From Planctomycetota bacterium (GTDB lineage: Bacteria > Planctomycetota > B15-G4 > JADJEK01): a DNA stretch of 35,295 nt. Location: contig JBGAIQ010000055.1 of the NCBI GenBank assembly GCA_044225365.1, positions 1 to 35,295 of the forward strand, in the 5' to 3' direction. A model generated the notes under the pieces. The model made no database searches and had not been told where the DNA came from. It worked only from the letters and a program-made list of their open reading frames with translations. The position numbers and the translations under genes were made by a program. Below, piece after piece: positions 8,978-17,491 of the stretch (position 1 is the stretch's first letter; every line of letters starts with the position of its first letter).

Positions 8978-10065
8978 CGCCCTCCGAACTGCGATCGTTC
9001 CGTTTCGACGACCCGCTGTGGCTGATCGCGCTCGTGCTCATTCCGCTCGTCGCCTGGCTCGAGTCGCGCAGGACGCGGCAACGCAGCCTCCTGTTCTCGT
9101 CGGCCTCGCTCCTCGCGGCCTTGCCGAAGAGCTTCGCGGAGCGCTTCGTCGCGGTGTTGCCATGGTTGCGCCATCTGGCGTTCGCATCGATCGTCGTCGC
9201 GCTCGCGCGGCCGCAGCTCGGACGATCGGAATTCCGAGTCCGGACCGATGGCATCGCGATCGCGCTCGCGATCGACCGTTCGGGCTCGATGGACGCGCTC
9301 GATTTCCTCGACGACCGTGGGCAACCGATCAACCGGCTCTCCGCGGTGAAGCGCGCGGTGCATTCGTTCGTGGAGGGCGATGGCGGAAAGCTCCTCGGAC
9401 GGCGCGACGATTCGATCGGACTCATCGTCTTCGGTGGCTTCGCGGAACAGCGCTGTCCGCTCACGCTCGATCACGGCGCGTTGCTCGACGTCCTCGACAA
9501 GGTGGAGATCCCGGGCAGCGACCTGCCGCTCGACCAGCAGCGTCGAGCGCAGGATCTGCTGCGCGAGGAGTCCGCCACCGCGATCGGCGACGCCCTCGTT
9601 CGCGCCGTCGGCGCCGTGAAGGACGCGAAGCAGAAGAGTCGCATCGTCATCCTGCTCTCCGACGGCGGAAACACCGCAGGCGTGATCGAGCCGCCGCAGG
9701 CTGCGCAGCTCGCGAAGGAGCAGGGGATCAAGGTCTACACGATCGGCATCGGGACGACAGGTAGGGCGCTGTTCAAGATGCGGGACGAGTTCGGTCGCGA
9801 AGTGCTGACTCGCCAGAACGTCGAACTCGACGAGCAGACGCTCCGCGACATCGCGGACACGACGGGAGCGAAATACTGGAACGCGAGGACGACGGGCGCT
9901 CTCGCGGAGGTCTACGACACGATCGGCAAGCTCGAGAAGTCGGAGATCGAGAGCCTCTACTTCTCGGAGTACGACGATCTCTTCGAGGGCCCGCTCGCGC
10001 TCGCCATCGTCTTCCTCACTCTCGAGATCGCGTTCGCGATCACGCGATTCGCGAGGTTGCCATGA
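8974..10065 (+). CDS. batA: BatA-like VWA domain membrane protein
   Basis: AGGAGG RBS and ATGA overlap. N-terminal FDDPLWL TM, LARPQ, MIDAS DRSGSM, CPLTLD, TAIGDA, ILLSDG and IKVYTIGIG motifs, plus a C-terminal TM. Confidence 0.92.
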   Translation: MTPSELRSFRFDDPLWLIALVLIPLVAWLESRRTRQRSLLFSSASLLAALPKSFAERFVAVLPWLRHLAFASIVVALARPQLGRSEFRVRTDGIAIALAIDRSGSMDALDFLDDRGQPINRLSAVKRAVHSFVEGDGGKLLGRRDDSIGLIVFGGFAEQRCPLTLDHGALLDVLDKVEIPGSDLPLDQQRRAQDLLREESATAIGDALVRAVGAVKDAKQKSRIVILLSDGGNTAGVIEPPQAAQLAKEQGIKVYTIGIGTTGRALFKMRDEFGREVLTRQNVELDEQTLRDIADTTGAKYWNARTTGALAEVYDTIGKLEKSEIESLYFSEYDDLFEGPLALAIVFLTLEIAFAITRFARLP

Positions 10066-12848
10066 CGGAGATCCCCGACTTCTCGTTCGGCAATCCCGAG
10101 CGACTGCTCCTCCTGTGGCTCCTCGTTCCGCTCGTTGCGCTCCTGGTGTACGGGTCGAGAGCGGCGGGACGTCGGTCGTCGCGACTGTCGTCGAAGGCGA
10201 TGTTCGCGCGGCTCGCGACGACGGGGACGAAGGGCGGACTCGTCACGCGCGGGACTCTCTTCGTTCTCGGCATCGGTCTCCTCATGGTCGCCGCGAGCAA
10301 GCCGCGCTTCGGATTTCGCTACGAGGAAGTGAAGCGGCGCGGCGTCGATCTCGTCGTGGCGATCGACGTCTCGCGCTCGATGCTCTCGACCGATGTCAGC
10401 CCCAATCGCCTCGAGCGCGCGAAGGTCTACGTTCGCGATCTCATGGCGCGGGTGCGAGGAGATCGAGTGGGGCTCGTTGCGTTCGCGGGCAAGGCCGTTC
10501 CGGTGTGTCCGCTCACGGTCGATCAGGGGTTCTTCCTCTCGACGCTCGGCGACCTGTCGCCCGATTCCGCACCGCGTGGCGGGACCGCAATCGGTGACGC
10601 GATCCGGTCCGCACTCGAGATGATGCCCCGCGAGGCCGACCGCGATTCGGCGATGGTCCTGATCACCGATGGCGAGGATCACGAATCGTTCCCGCTCGAG
10701 GCGGCCGCCTCGGCGCGCGAGCGCGGAGTGAAGATCTTCACCGTCGGGATCGGCGATCCGAACGAGGGCGCTCGCGTGCCGGGCAAGGACGGCGCGATGG
10801 CGCTCACCTACGACGGCAAGGAAGTCGTATCCAAGATGGATGAGTCGATGCTGACGCGAATCGCACTCGATACCGGAGGGGCCTACGTGCCGGCGCGAAC
10901 GGGAACGTATGATCTCGGCCAGATCTACACGGATCATCTCGTGAAGCTCCGCGCCGCCGACCTCTCGACCGAGAAGCGACGGCGGTTCGTGGAGCAGTAT
11001 CAGTGGTTCGCCGCCGCCGGATTCGTACTTCTCATGCTCGCGCGTCTCCTTCAACCCTTGCGTCGCCGCAGCATCGCCTTCGCGCAGAGCGCTCGCGCTG
11101 CGGTCGTCCTCGCGCTCGCGCTGCCGTTCGCCACCGCGGCTCGCGCGGCCGAGGGCGTCGTCGTGCCCGAGTTGACGACGAAGCTCAGCGTGAACGCCGC
11201 CGTCGACGCCTTTTCCGAGGGCAAGGCCGAGGAGGCGCTGAAGCTCCTCGACGTGATCCCCGCCGAACAGGCGAGCGTTCCCCGCGCGCAGCTCGCTCGG
11301 GGCGCGGCGTTGCAGCGGCTCGGGAAGAACGACGATGCCCGCGCGGCGTACGAGAAGGCGGCCGCGGGAAGCGATCCGGACACGACCTTGCGGGCCCGCT
11401 TCAATCTCGGAACGCTCGAGATCGAAACGGCGAAGACGACGCTCGGCGAGCATCCCGAGGAAGCGACCGGCGAGACGCGGACCAAAGCGCTCGCGACGTT
11501 CGACCTCGCACGCGACCACTTCCGCGCCGCGATCGATCTCGATCCCAAGGGCGAGGATGCGCGTCACAACCTCGAACTGCTCCGCCTGTACGTGAAGAAC
11601 TTGAAGGACCTCTGGAAGAAGCACGACGAGGAGGAGGCGAGGAAGAAGAAGGAGGCCGAGCCATTCCTCGACCAGATGGCGCGGATGTGGAAGGAGCAGG
11701 AAACGCTTTGGATCGACGTGCGACATGGAAGGGCTTCGCTCGGTGCCGCGCCGTCTCCCGTGCAACCCACCTCCTCGAAGGATCTCGCCACCCGTCAGAA
11801 GGCTCTCGCGTCGGACGTCCCGCTCCTCAAGAAGAAGCTCGAGGACGCGCTCGCGCAGCAGGAGAAGCAGGGCAAGGCTCCGCCGCAGGACAAGGCGGTG
11901 CTCGATGCGTTCTTCGCGGGCATCGATCAGATCGGCACGGCGATGGAGAAAGCCTCGACCCAGCTCGAGGCGACCGCGCCAGCCGACGTCGCGGCGGTGG
12001 GGGAGGAACAGAAATCAGCGGCGAAGGGCCTCGGTCAGGCCTTCCTCGCGCTCGCTCCGTACGACAAGATCCTGAAGCGCGGACTCGAGATCCAGGCCGA
12101 CGTGATGAAGCTCTTCGGGACGCCTCCGCATCCCGAACAGTCCGGACACGAGGACGCGAACGACAAGCAGGGCGCGGCGGTGGAGTCGACGCGCGCGCCC
12201 GATGCAGAGGTCGATGCGTTCCAGCAGGAATGGCAGGATCCGCTCGCGACCGTGCTCGCGGCGCACGCCGAGTCGGAACTGCCGCAGCTCGAGAAGTCGC
12301 CTGAGCCCAAACTGCCCGACGGCGGAAGCGGCGCGGACCCGAAGCAGCAGGAAGCCGCGAAGAAGCAGCTCGAACAGCAGAAGAAACAGCGCGAAGCCCT
12401 CATCGAGTCGATGAAGCGGGCGAAGGAGAAGGCGCCGAAGATCCCTCCGCTCGCGAAGGACGGCAGCGACCTGCTCGGCAAGTCGGATCTCGAGGGCGCC
12501 GCCCCCAAAGCGCGTGAGATCGAGCAGATCCTGAAGGACATCGCCGAACCCTTGAAGGACGACGACAAGGACAAGGGCGACTCTCAGGACGACAAGAAGC
12601 AGGACGACCAACAGAAGCAGGACGACAAGAAGCAGGACGACAAGAAGCAGGACGACCCACAGAAACAGGACGACAAGAAGCAGGATCCGAAGAAGGGCGA
12701 CAAGGACAAGCCGCAGCAGGATCTCTCGAAGGAGAAGATGGAGCAGATGCTCCGGCAGGCGACCGCTCGCGAGAAGGAATTCGAGAAGAAGAAGAGAGAC
12801 CTCTTGCGCAGCTATCTCGTCCCCGTGCCCGTGGAGAAGGACTGGTGA
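10062..12848 (+). CDS. batB: BatB-BatC-like fusion: VWA domain, TM helices, TPR repeats, a helical extension and a charged low-complexity tail
   Basis: FGNPERL, DVSRSM-DVSPNRLERAK, PLTVD, GTAIGDAI and LITDGEDH motifs. TPR-like ARFNLG and DARHNLEL. C-terminal VEKDW as in BatC. Confidence 0.88.
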   Translation: MTEIPDFSFGNPERLLLLWLLVPLVALLVYGSRAAGRRSSRLSSKAMFARLATTGTKGGLVTRGTLFVLGIGLLMVAASKPRFGFRYEEVKRRGVDLVVAIDVSRSMLSTDVSPNRLERAKVYVRDLMARVRGDRVGLVAFAGKAVPVCPLTVDQGFFLSTLGDLSPDSAPRGGTAIGDAIRSALEMMPREADRDSAMVLITDGEDHESFPLEAAASARERGVKIFTVGIGDPNEGARVPGKDGAMALTYDGKEVVSKMDESMLTRIALDTGGAYVPARTGTYDLGQIYTDHLVKLRAADLSTEKRRRFVEQYQWFAAAGFVLLMLARLLQPLRRRSIAFAQSARAAVVLALALPFATAARAAEGVVVPELTTKLSVNAAVDAFSEGKAEEALKLLDVIPAEQASVPRAQLARGAALQRLGKNDDARAAYEKAAAGSDPDTTLRARFNLGTLEIETAKTTLGEHPEEATGETRTKALATFDLARDHFRAAIDLDPKGEDARHNLELLRLYVKNLKDLWKKHDEEEARKKKEAEPFLDQMARMWKEQETLWIDVRHGRASLGAAPSPVQPTSSKDLATRQKALASDVPLLKKKLEDALAQQEKQGKAPPQDKAVLDAFFAGIDQIGTAMEKASTQLEATAPADVAAVGEEQKSAAKGLGQAFLALAPYDKILKRGLEIQADVMKLFGTPPHPEQSGHEDANDKQGAAVESTRAPDAEVDAFQQEWQDPLATVLAAHAESELPQLEKSPEPKLPDGGSGADPKQQEAAKKQLEQQKKQREALIESMKRAKEKAPKIPPLAKDGSDLLGKSDLEGAAPKAREIEQILKDIAEPLKDDDKDKGDSQDDKKQDDQQKQDDKKQDDKKQDDPQKQDDKKQDPKKGDKDKPQQDLSKEKMEQMLRQATAREKEFEKKKRDLLRSYLVPVPVEKDW
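12585..12695 (+). repeat. In-frame coding tandem repeat of 15/18-bp units encoding QDDKK/QDDQQK/QDDPQK
   Basis: caggacgacaagaag at 12585, 12618, 12633 and 12666, with variants at 12600, 12648 and 12681. Confidence 0.9.
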
Positions 12849-14833
12849 GTTCGTTCGCGCGTCCATCGGTCGCGATCGCGCTCCTCGCTGCCTTCGTCGC
12901 CCTGTTCGGGCCGACGGCGTCGGTCGCGGCGTCGCTTCGCGTGCCGATCGAGGATCCCGAGCCCGCGGTGAGAGTCGATCTCGATCAGAATCAGGTCTTC
13001 CTCGGCGATCCGTTCAACTACGTCGTCGACATCCTCAACGTCGAGCCGAAGTCCGCTCCCGATCTCGCGGGCTTCTCGGACTTCGAAGTGGATGCCGCCG
13101 GCGACTACTCGATGAATCGCTCGTCGACCTTCGTCATCAACAACAAGGTCACGCGTCACGACGAACTGGCTCACCGCTACGCCTATCGACTCACGGCGAA
13201 GACGAGCGGTACGGTGACGATCCCGGCGCCGGTCTATCGCCAGGACGGCAAGGAGTACAAGGGCGAGGCCAAGACGATCACGGTCGTCGGGCCCGAGCCG
13301 CAGGAAGTCGTGAAGTTCGGTTCGCGCATCGAGCGCGAGGGACGCTATCCGCTGCAGCCGTTCACCGCGACGTTGCTCGTTTTCGTGAAGAAGCTGCCCC
13401 CGCCGAACGATCGCCTCGACCCCGTGAACGCGCTGAGCGGTCCGGACTCGCCGGCGCTGCGGATCCCGTGGGTGAAGCCACCGGACGGCGTCGACGGCGA
13501 GCCACTCGACTCGTGGCTCGCGCCCCTGCGGGCCCGCTCCAACGAGCGCGGATTCACGATCAACGACCTAACCTTCCAGAGCGGTGACCCGTTCGAAATG
13601 TTCGGGGGTCCGCGAGTCGCTCGCTTCCGGCTCGATGGCCGGCCCGCGACCGATGCCGAAGCGAAGGGCGTTCCGGGCGTCGAAGGGCACGTCGACGACT
13701 TCTTCGTGTATCGGCTCACTCGCAAGTTCGAGCCGCGCCGCGCCGGTCACTTCGAGTTCGGCGCGAGCGCGATCCGCGGCGAGTTCGCGACGGGCGTCAA
13801 GAATGGCCGGCAACCGATCACCAAGGCGATCTTCGACAGCGGTGCCGCGTTCTCGGTCGACGTCGACGAAGCGCCCGCCGAGAATCGTCCGACCTCGTGG
13901 TCGGGTGCATTCGGTAGCCGGTTCACCGTCGAAGCCGTCGTCGATCCGTCGCGCGCTCGCGTCGGGGATCCCTTGAACTTCACCGTGAAAGTGAAGGGCG
14001 ATGGCAACGTCGAGGCATTCGGCGCTCCCGACATCGGGGCCCTGCCGGGCTTCGCGGGTGCGTTCGCGGTCGAGAAGTCCGGCGGCGATTGGAAGAACTC
14101 GACGCGGACCTTCAACTACGTGCTGCGCGCGAGCTCCGAGTCGGTGAAGGAGATCCCCGGGGTCGAGATCTCGTTCTTCGACGTCCGCTCGAATCGATAC
14201 TCGCAGGTCTCGAGCCCGCCGATCCCGATCAAGATCGAGCCGATCTCGAGTCTCGCCGCGCGCGACATCGTGAGCGCGAATCCCGGAAAGGGCGGTCCCG
14301 AGATCGCGCGCGCCGATGGACTCTTCGGGAACCGGGTCGACCCGAGCGAGGTGCGTGACGAGCGCGTCTCCAGCGACGTCGTGTTCCTCGGCGTGGGCGG
14401 GCTTACGCTGCTGTACGTCGTGCTCTCGATCGTCCTCGTCGTCCGCGAGCGCATCCTCTCCGATCCGCGCCGGGTACGCCGCAGGACGGCCGCGAAACGT
14501 GCGCGTGAGAGATTCGCGCGGGCGGAGGCCGCAACGAGCGACCCTTCGGGCGTGGGCGGCAACTCGGCGCTCGAGATGCAGGCGGCACTCCTCGGGCTGC
14601 TCGCCGATGCAGCGGCGCTGCCCGAATCGGGGATGACCGGTCGGGAAGCGACGAAGCTGCTCATCGCCGCGGAGGCGCCCCCGGAAACGGTCGCCGCGTT
14701 CGACGACGTGATGACGAAGATCGATCACCTGCGATTCGGTGGCGGCGCGGTCGATACCGCGATGACGGAGCGCGCCCGCTCCGTCCTGGAAGCGGTGATC
14801 GGCGTGCTCGAACGTGGAGGGCGACTCAAGTGA
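12845..14833 (+). CDS. batD: BatD family protein
   Basis: GTGA overlap, signal peptide, Ig-like repeats (GDPFNYVV, GTVTIPA, WSGAFG, RVGDPLNFTVKVKGDGN, IPGVEISFFD) and a C-terminal TM. Confidence 0.88.
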   Translation: MSSFARPSVAIALLAAFVALFGPTASVAASLRVPIEDPEPAVRVDLDQNQVFLGDPFNYVVDILNVEPKSAPDLAGFSDFEVDAAGDYSMNRSSTFVINNKVTRHDELAHRYAYRLTAKTSGTVTIPAPVYRQDGKEYKGEAKTITVVGPEPQEVVKFGSRIEREGRYPLQPFTATLLVFVKKLPPPNDRLDPVNALSGPDSPALRIPWVKPPDGVDGEPLDSWLAPLRARSNERGFTINDLTFQSGDPFEMFGGPRVARFRLDGRPATDAEAKGVPGVEGHVDDFFVYRLTRKFEPRRAGHFEFGASAIRGEFATGVKNGRQPITKAIFDSGAAFSVDVDEAPAENRPTSWSGAFGSRFTVEAVVDPSRARVGDPLNFTVKVKGDGNVEAFGAPDIGALPGFAGAFAVEKSGGDWKNSTRTFNYVLRASSESVKEIPGVEISFFDVRSNRYSQVSSPPIPIKIEPISSLAARDIVSANPGKGGPEIARADGLFGNRVDPSEVRDERVSSDVVFLGVGGLTLLYVVLSIVLVVRERILSDPRRVRRRTAAKRARERFARAEAATSDPSGVGGNSALEMQAALLGLLADAAALPESGMTGREATKLLIAAEAPPETVAAFDDVMTKIDHLRFGGGAVDTAMTERARSVLEAVIGVLERGGRLK

Positions 14834-15609
14834 AACGCGATCTCGCCGCTCTCGTCATCGTCGTTCTCGTGAGCATGCTCGCGCCCGTCTCGCGCGCGCA
14901 GGATCCCTCGACCCGCCGCGCGTTCGAAGCTGCGAATCGCGATTTCGCCGCCGCGAAGTCGCCCGAGGACTTCGAGCGTGTCGCCGGTCGATTCGAAGCG
15001 TTGCGCGCGGATGGAGCCGTCTGTGGCGCCGTCCTCTTCGATCTCGGTAACGCCTGGTTCCGCGCCGGTCGCTTCGGGCGGGCCATCGCCGCGTATCGCG
15101 AGGCGGAGCGCTTCCTCCCGCGCGATCCGACGCTCCTTGCGAACCTCGCGGAGGCGCGGCGCGCCGCGAACGTCGAGGCGCCCTCTCCCTCGCTCGTCGA
15201 TCGACTCGTCTTCTGGCGGGCATGGCTCTCGTACCCGCAGACGGCGAAGGCGGCGCTTGGACTCGCGGTGATCGCCTTCCTGCTCGCGCTGATCCAACGC
15301 CTCGGGGTCAAAGCGATGCGAATTCCGGCGCGCATCGGCGTGGTCCTCGCTGCGTGCATGTTCGCGACCTACGTCGTCGCCTACTTGCGAGAAGAGAAGT
15401 CGCAACGAGCGGTCGTGATCGAGAAGGAAGTGATCGCGCGGAAGGGCGACGCGGAGTCGTACGCTCCGGCCTTCACCCAGCCGCTGCGCGAGGGTCAGGA
15501 GCTCACGGTGCTCGACGCTCGCAACGGATTCGTCCGGATCGCGCTCGAGAACTCAGCGGCGAGTTCGATCGATGGCTGGGTACCGGCGGCGATGATCGTC
15601 GTCTTCTGA
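14830..15609 (+). CDS. batE: BatE-like TPR plus SH3-like protein
   Basis: Signal peptide, LFDLGNAWFRAGRFGRAIAAYREAERFLPRD...NL, two TMs, and a C-terminal LREGQELTVL...GWVP SH3-like segment. Confidence 0.88.
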   Translation: MKRDLAALVIVVLVSMLAPVSRAQDPSTRRAFEAANRDFAAAKSPEDFERVAGRFEALRADGAVCGAVLFDLGNAWFRAGRFGRAIAAYREAERFLPRDPTLLANLAEARRAANVEAPSPSLVDRLVFWRAWLSYPQTAKAALGLAVIAFLLALIQRLGVKAMRIPARIGVVLAACMFATYVVAYLREEKSQRAVVIEKEVIARKGDAESYAPAFTQPLREGQELTVLDARNGFVRIALENSAASSIDGWVPAAMIVVF

Positions 15610-16422
15610 CGCGCGCTGCGGCGAGCCGCGCCCGAATTGCATTCTCGTATCGAGGATCGATGGTACGCCGTGGAGGTCGAGCACGGTGAAGCCGCCGCGC
15701 CGTCGCGCAGCGCTCTCGAGAGCGTGGACATCGGGCACGTGGCGTTTGCGCGTCACGGTCTCGCACCAGTTTCCTCGCGCCGGCGTGAGCGTCGACGCAT
15801 GGACGCGGAGGAGGGCCGGGTCGGCGAGCTGCGCGTCGAGGACGCCGTGGGCGACGAGGACGTTGCCGCCGAATCTGCGGTCGCTCGGGATCCTCAGCTG
15901 CTCCTCGCGATAGACCCCGAGGAAGCGGCCGCCGATCACGACGCCGAGGGAGTACCCGCGAACGGAGCATTCGGGGAACAGGATGTCGGTGTAGTCGAAA
16001 GTGAGCGTGTAGAGCGGAGCCTTTGCTGCGAGCGCATCGCGAATCGTCTCGATCGTGGTGTCGAGGGGCGCCGTGGAGTCGAACGCTCGTAATGGCATCG
16101 CGTCGTCGCGAAAGGTCGGTCCTACACGGACGCCGGCGAAATGCTCTTCGACGCGATCGACGAGCCATGCCGCGAAGCGGGAGTCCCGCATCCCGCTCTC
16201 CGACGCGAACGCCCGAACTCGCGACGCCAGTTCGGATGGAGCAGGCGCGAATCGCCATGCTTCGTCGCGCCGGGGCGCGCCGATGCATGTCGTCGTGATC
16301 CATTCTCCGTCGAACGACCACTCGCCGCTCGTACGGGCGGAGTCGTGGCGTGGTCGGAGAATGCCGCCGAAAGCGAGCTCGATCCCCGCCGCGGCGAGGA
16401 GCGCGAGCGCGAACCTGCTCAA
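15553..16422 (-). CDS. Hypothetical protein, possibly exported
   Basis: 289-aa ORF with TTG start and hydrophobic N-terminus (MSRFALALLAAAGIELAFGG) and globular-looking composition. It fills the gap after batE and overlaps batE's 3' end by 57 bp. No family recognised. Confidence 0.45.
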   Translation of the reverse strand: MSRFALALLAAAGIELAFGGILRPRHDSARTSGEWSFDGEWITTTCIGAPRRDEAWRFAPAPSELASRVRAFASESGMRDSRFAAWLVDRVEEHFAGVRVGPTFRDDAMPLRAFDSTAPLDTTIETIRDALAAKAPLYTLTFDYTDILFPECSVRGYSLGVVIGGRFLGVYREEQLRIPSDRRFGGNVLVAHGVLDAQLADPALLRVHASTLTPARGNWCETVTRKRHVPDVHALESAARRRGGFTVLDLHGVPSILDTRMQFGRGSPQRASEDDDHRRRYPAIDRTRR

Positions 16423-16504
16423 TCGAACACCTTGGTTGATGGCTGCGAAAGGCTCGAAGACGCCTCTCTCGTCGGCAGAACCGGAGCCGGTTCTGAAGAG
16501 CGCG

Positions 16505-17341
16505 TTACAGCATCACTTCCGAGTTGAAGAAGGTCCATTCGCTCGCGATGCGCTGATGGTGCATCTCGAAGAGGACGAGTTCCTCGATCTGGCGGGGCCG
16601 CGGAGCCTCCGGATTGCGGCGGGGCGGATCGAGCAGAACGATGTGGATCGCGACGACGAAGTTCCCCGCGGCGAGGATCCGCAGCGGCTCCGCGCGATAC
16701 GCGGGCGTCGCGGACCAGATCTCGTCGAACGCGCGCACGATCGATCGGCGCCCGATCACGACCTCGCGGGAATTCGCGTCGACGAGGCGCGCGCGTTCGG
16801 CGTAGATCTCGGCGACGCGCGGTCGCTTGCGTTCATTGAGCGCGTCGTAGAAGTCGCGGATGCGATCGGCGTTCGTCTCCTCCTCGTCGGACTCCGACGC
16901 GACCGCCGTCGATGGCGCCGCGATCATGTCGATCCCCGCAACCGGGTCGCGCAGGGGTCGCGCGAACACACCGAAGTCGATGAACCGATCATCGGTGCTG
17001 ATCCCGCCGTCGGCATCGAATTGGAGATGGCGCGCCGCGTGGAGCGTACGGCCGGAGGCAGGGTCGCGCCCCGCGAGGAAGCCGATGACGCGGTTCTCCG
17101 ACTCGAGGGAGAGGCCGCGGGTCCAGACGACGTGAGGATCGCGCCGCTCGAACTCGCGACTCGCATTCGTGATCCGCGCTCGGCCGCGCGCCATGCGCTC
17201 GGGTCGCGAATCGACGATGCGCCACACGCCATCCTGCGCGTAGAGGTCGCCGATGGCGCTCGTCCCCTCGCGTTCGGCAGAAAGCAGTGCGTCGAGGCGC
17301 TCGGTGAGCGGGCTCGAACTGGAACCGCCGGATTCGGTCAT
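16505..17341 (-). CDS. Tandem NTF2/SnoaL-like domain protein
   Basis: Two similar ~120-aa units: AIGDLYAQDGVWR...GRARI and NADRIRDFYDALN...VAEIYAERARLVD...GRRSI...LAAGNFVV...FEMHHQRIASEWTFF, matching the SnoaL pattern. Start taken at ATG 17341. Confidence 0.7.
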   Translation of the reverse strand: MTESGGSSSSPLTERLDALLSAEREGTSAIGDLYAQDGVWRIVDSRPERMARGRARITNASREFERRDPHVVWTRGLSLESENRVIGFLAGRDPASGRTLHAARHLQFDADGGISTDDRFIDFGVFARPLRDPVAGIDMIAAPSTAVASESDEEETNADRIRDFYDALNERKRPRVAEIYAERARLVDANSREVVIGRRSIVRAFDEIWSATPAYRAEPLRILAAGNFVVAIHIVLLDPPRRNPEAPRPRQIEELVLFEMHHQRIASEWTFFNSEVML

Positions 17342-17491
17342 GCGTCGGGTCTGGGTGGATCTCGAACCGTTCGGGGGGTCAAGGATCGTCACGGACTCGC
17401 TTCGGATTCGGGCGCCCATTCGGTCGCTGGGCTCGCGGAACGAAATCTCTACAGTCTCCTCGGCGAGGCCGCCACCATAGCAGGAGGATCC

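Noticed and set aside
12015-12866. Hydrophobic minus-strand ORF with LLVVLL repeats resembling a membrane protein
   Set aside because: It is the reverse complement of the QDDKK repeat in batB/C.
16055-17491. N-terminal 479-aa extension of the S9 peptidase in the ORF track (1321 aa)
   Set aside because: A strong AGGAGG RBS and signal peptide start at 17492. The extension is the antisense shadow of the minus-strand genes (mainly the SnoaL-like gene).
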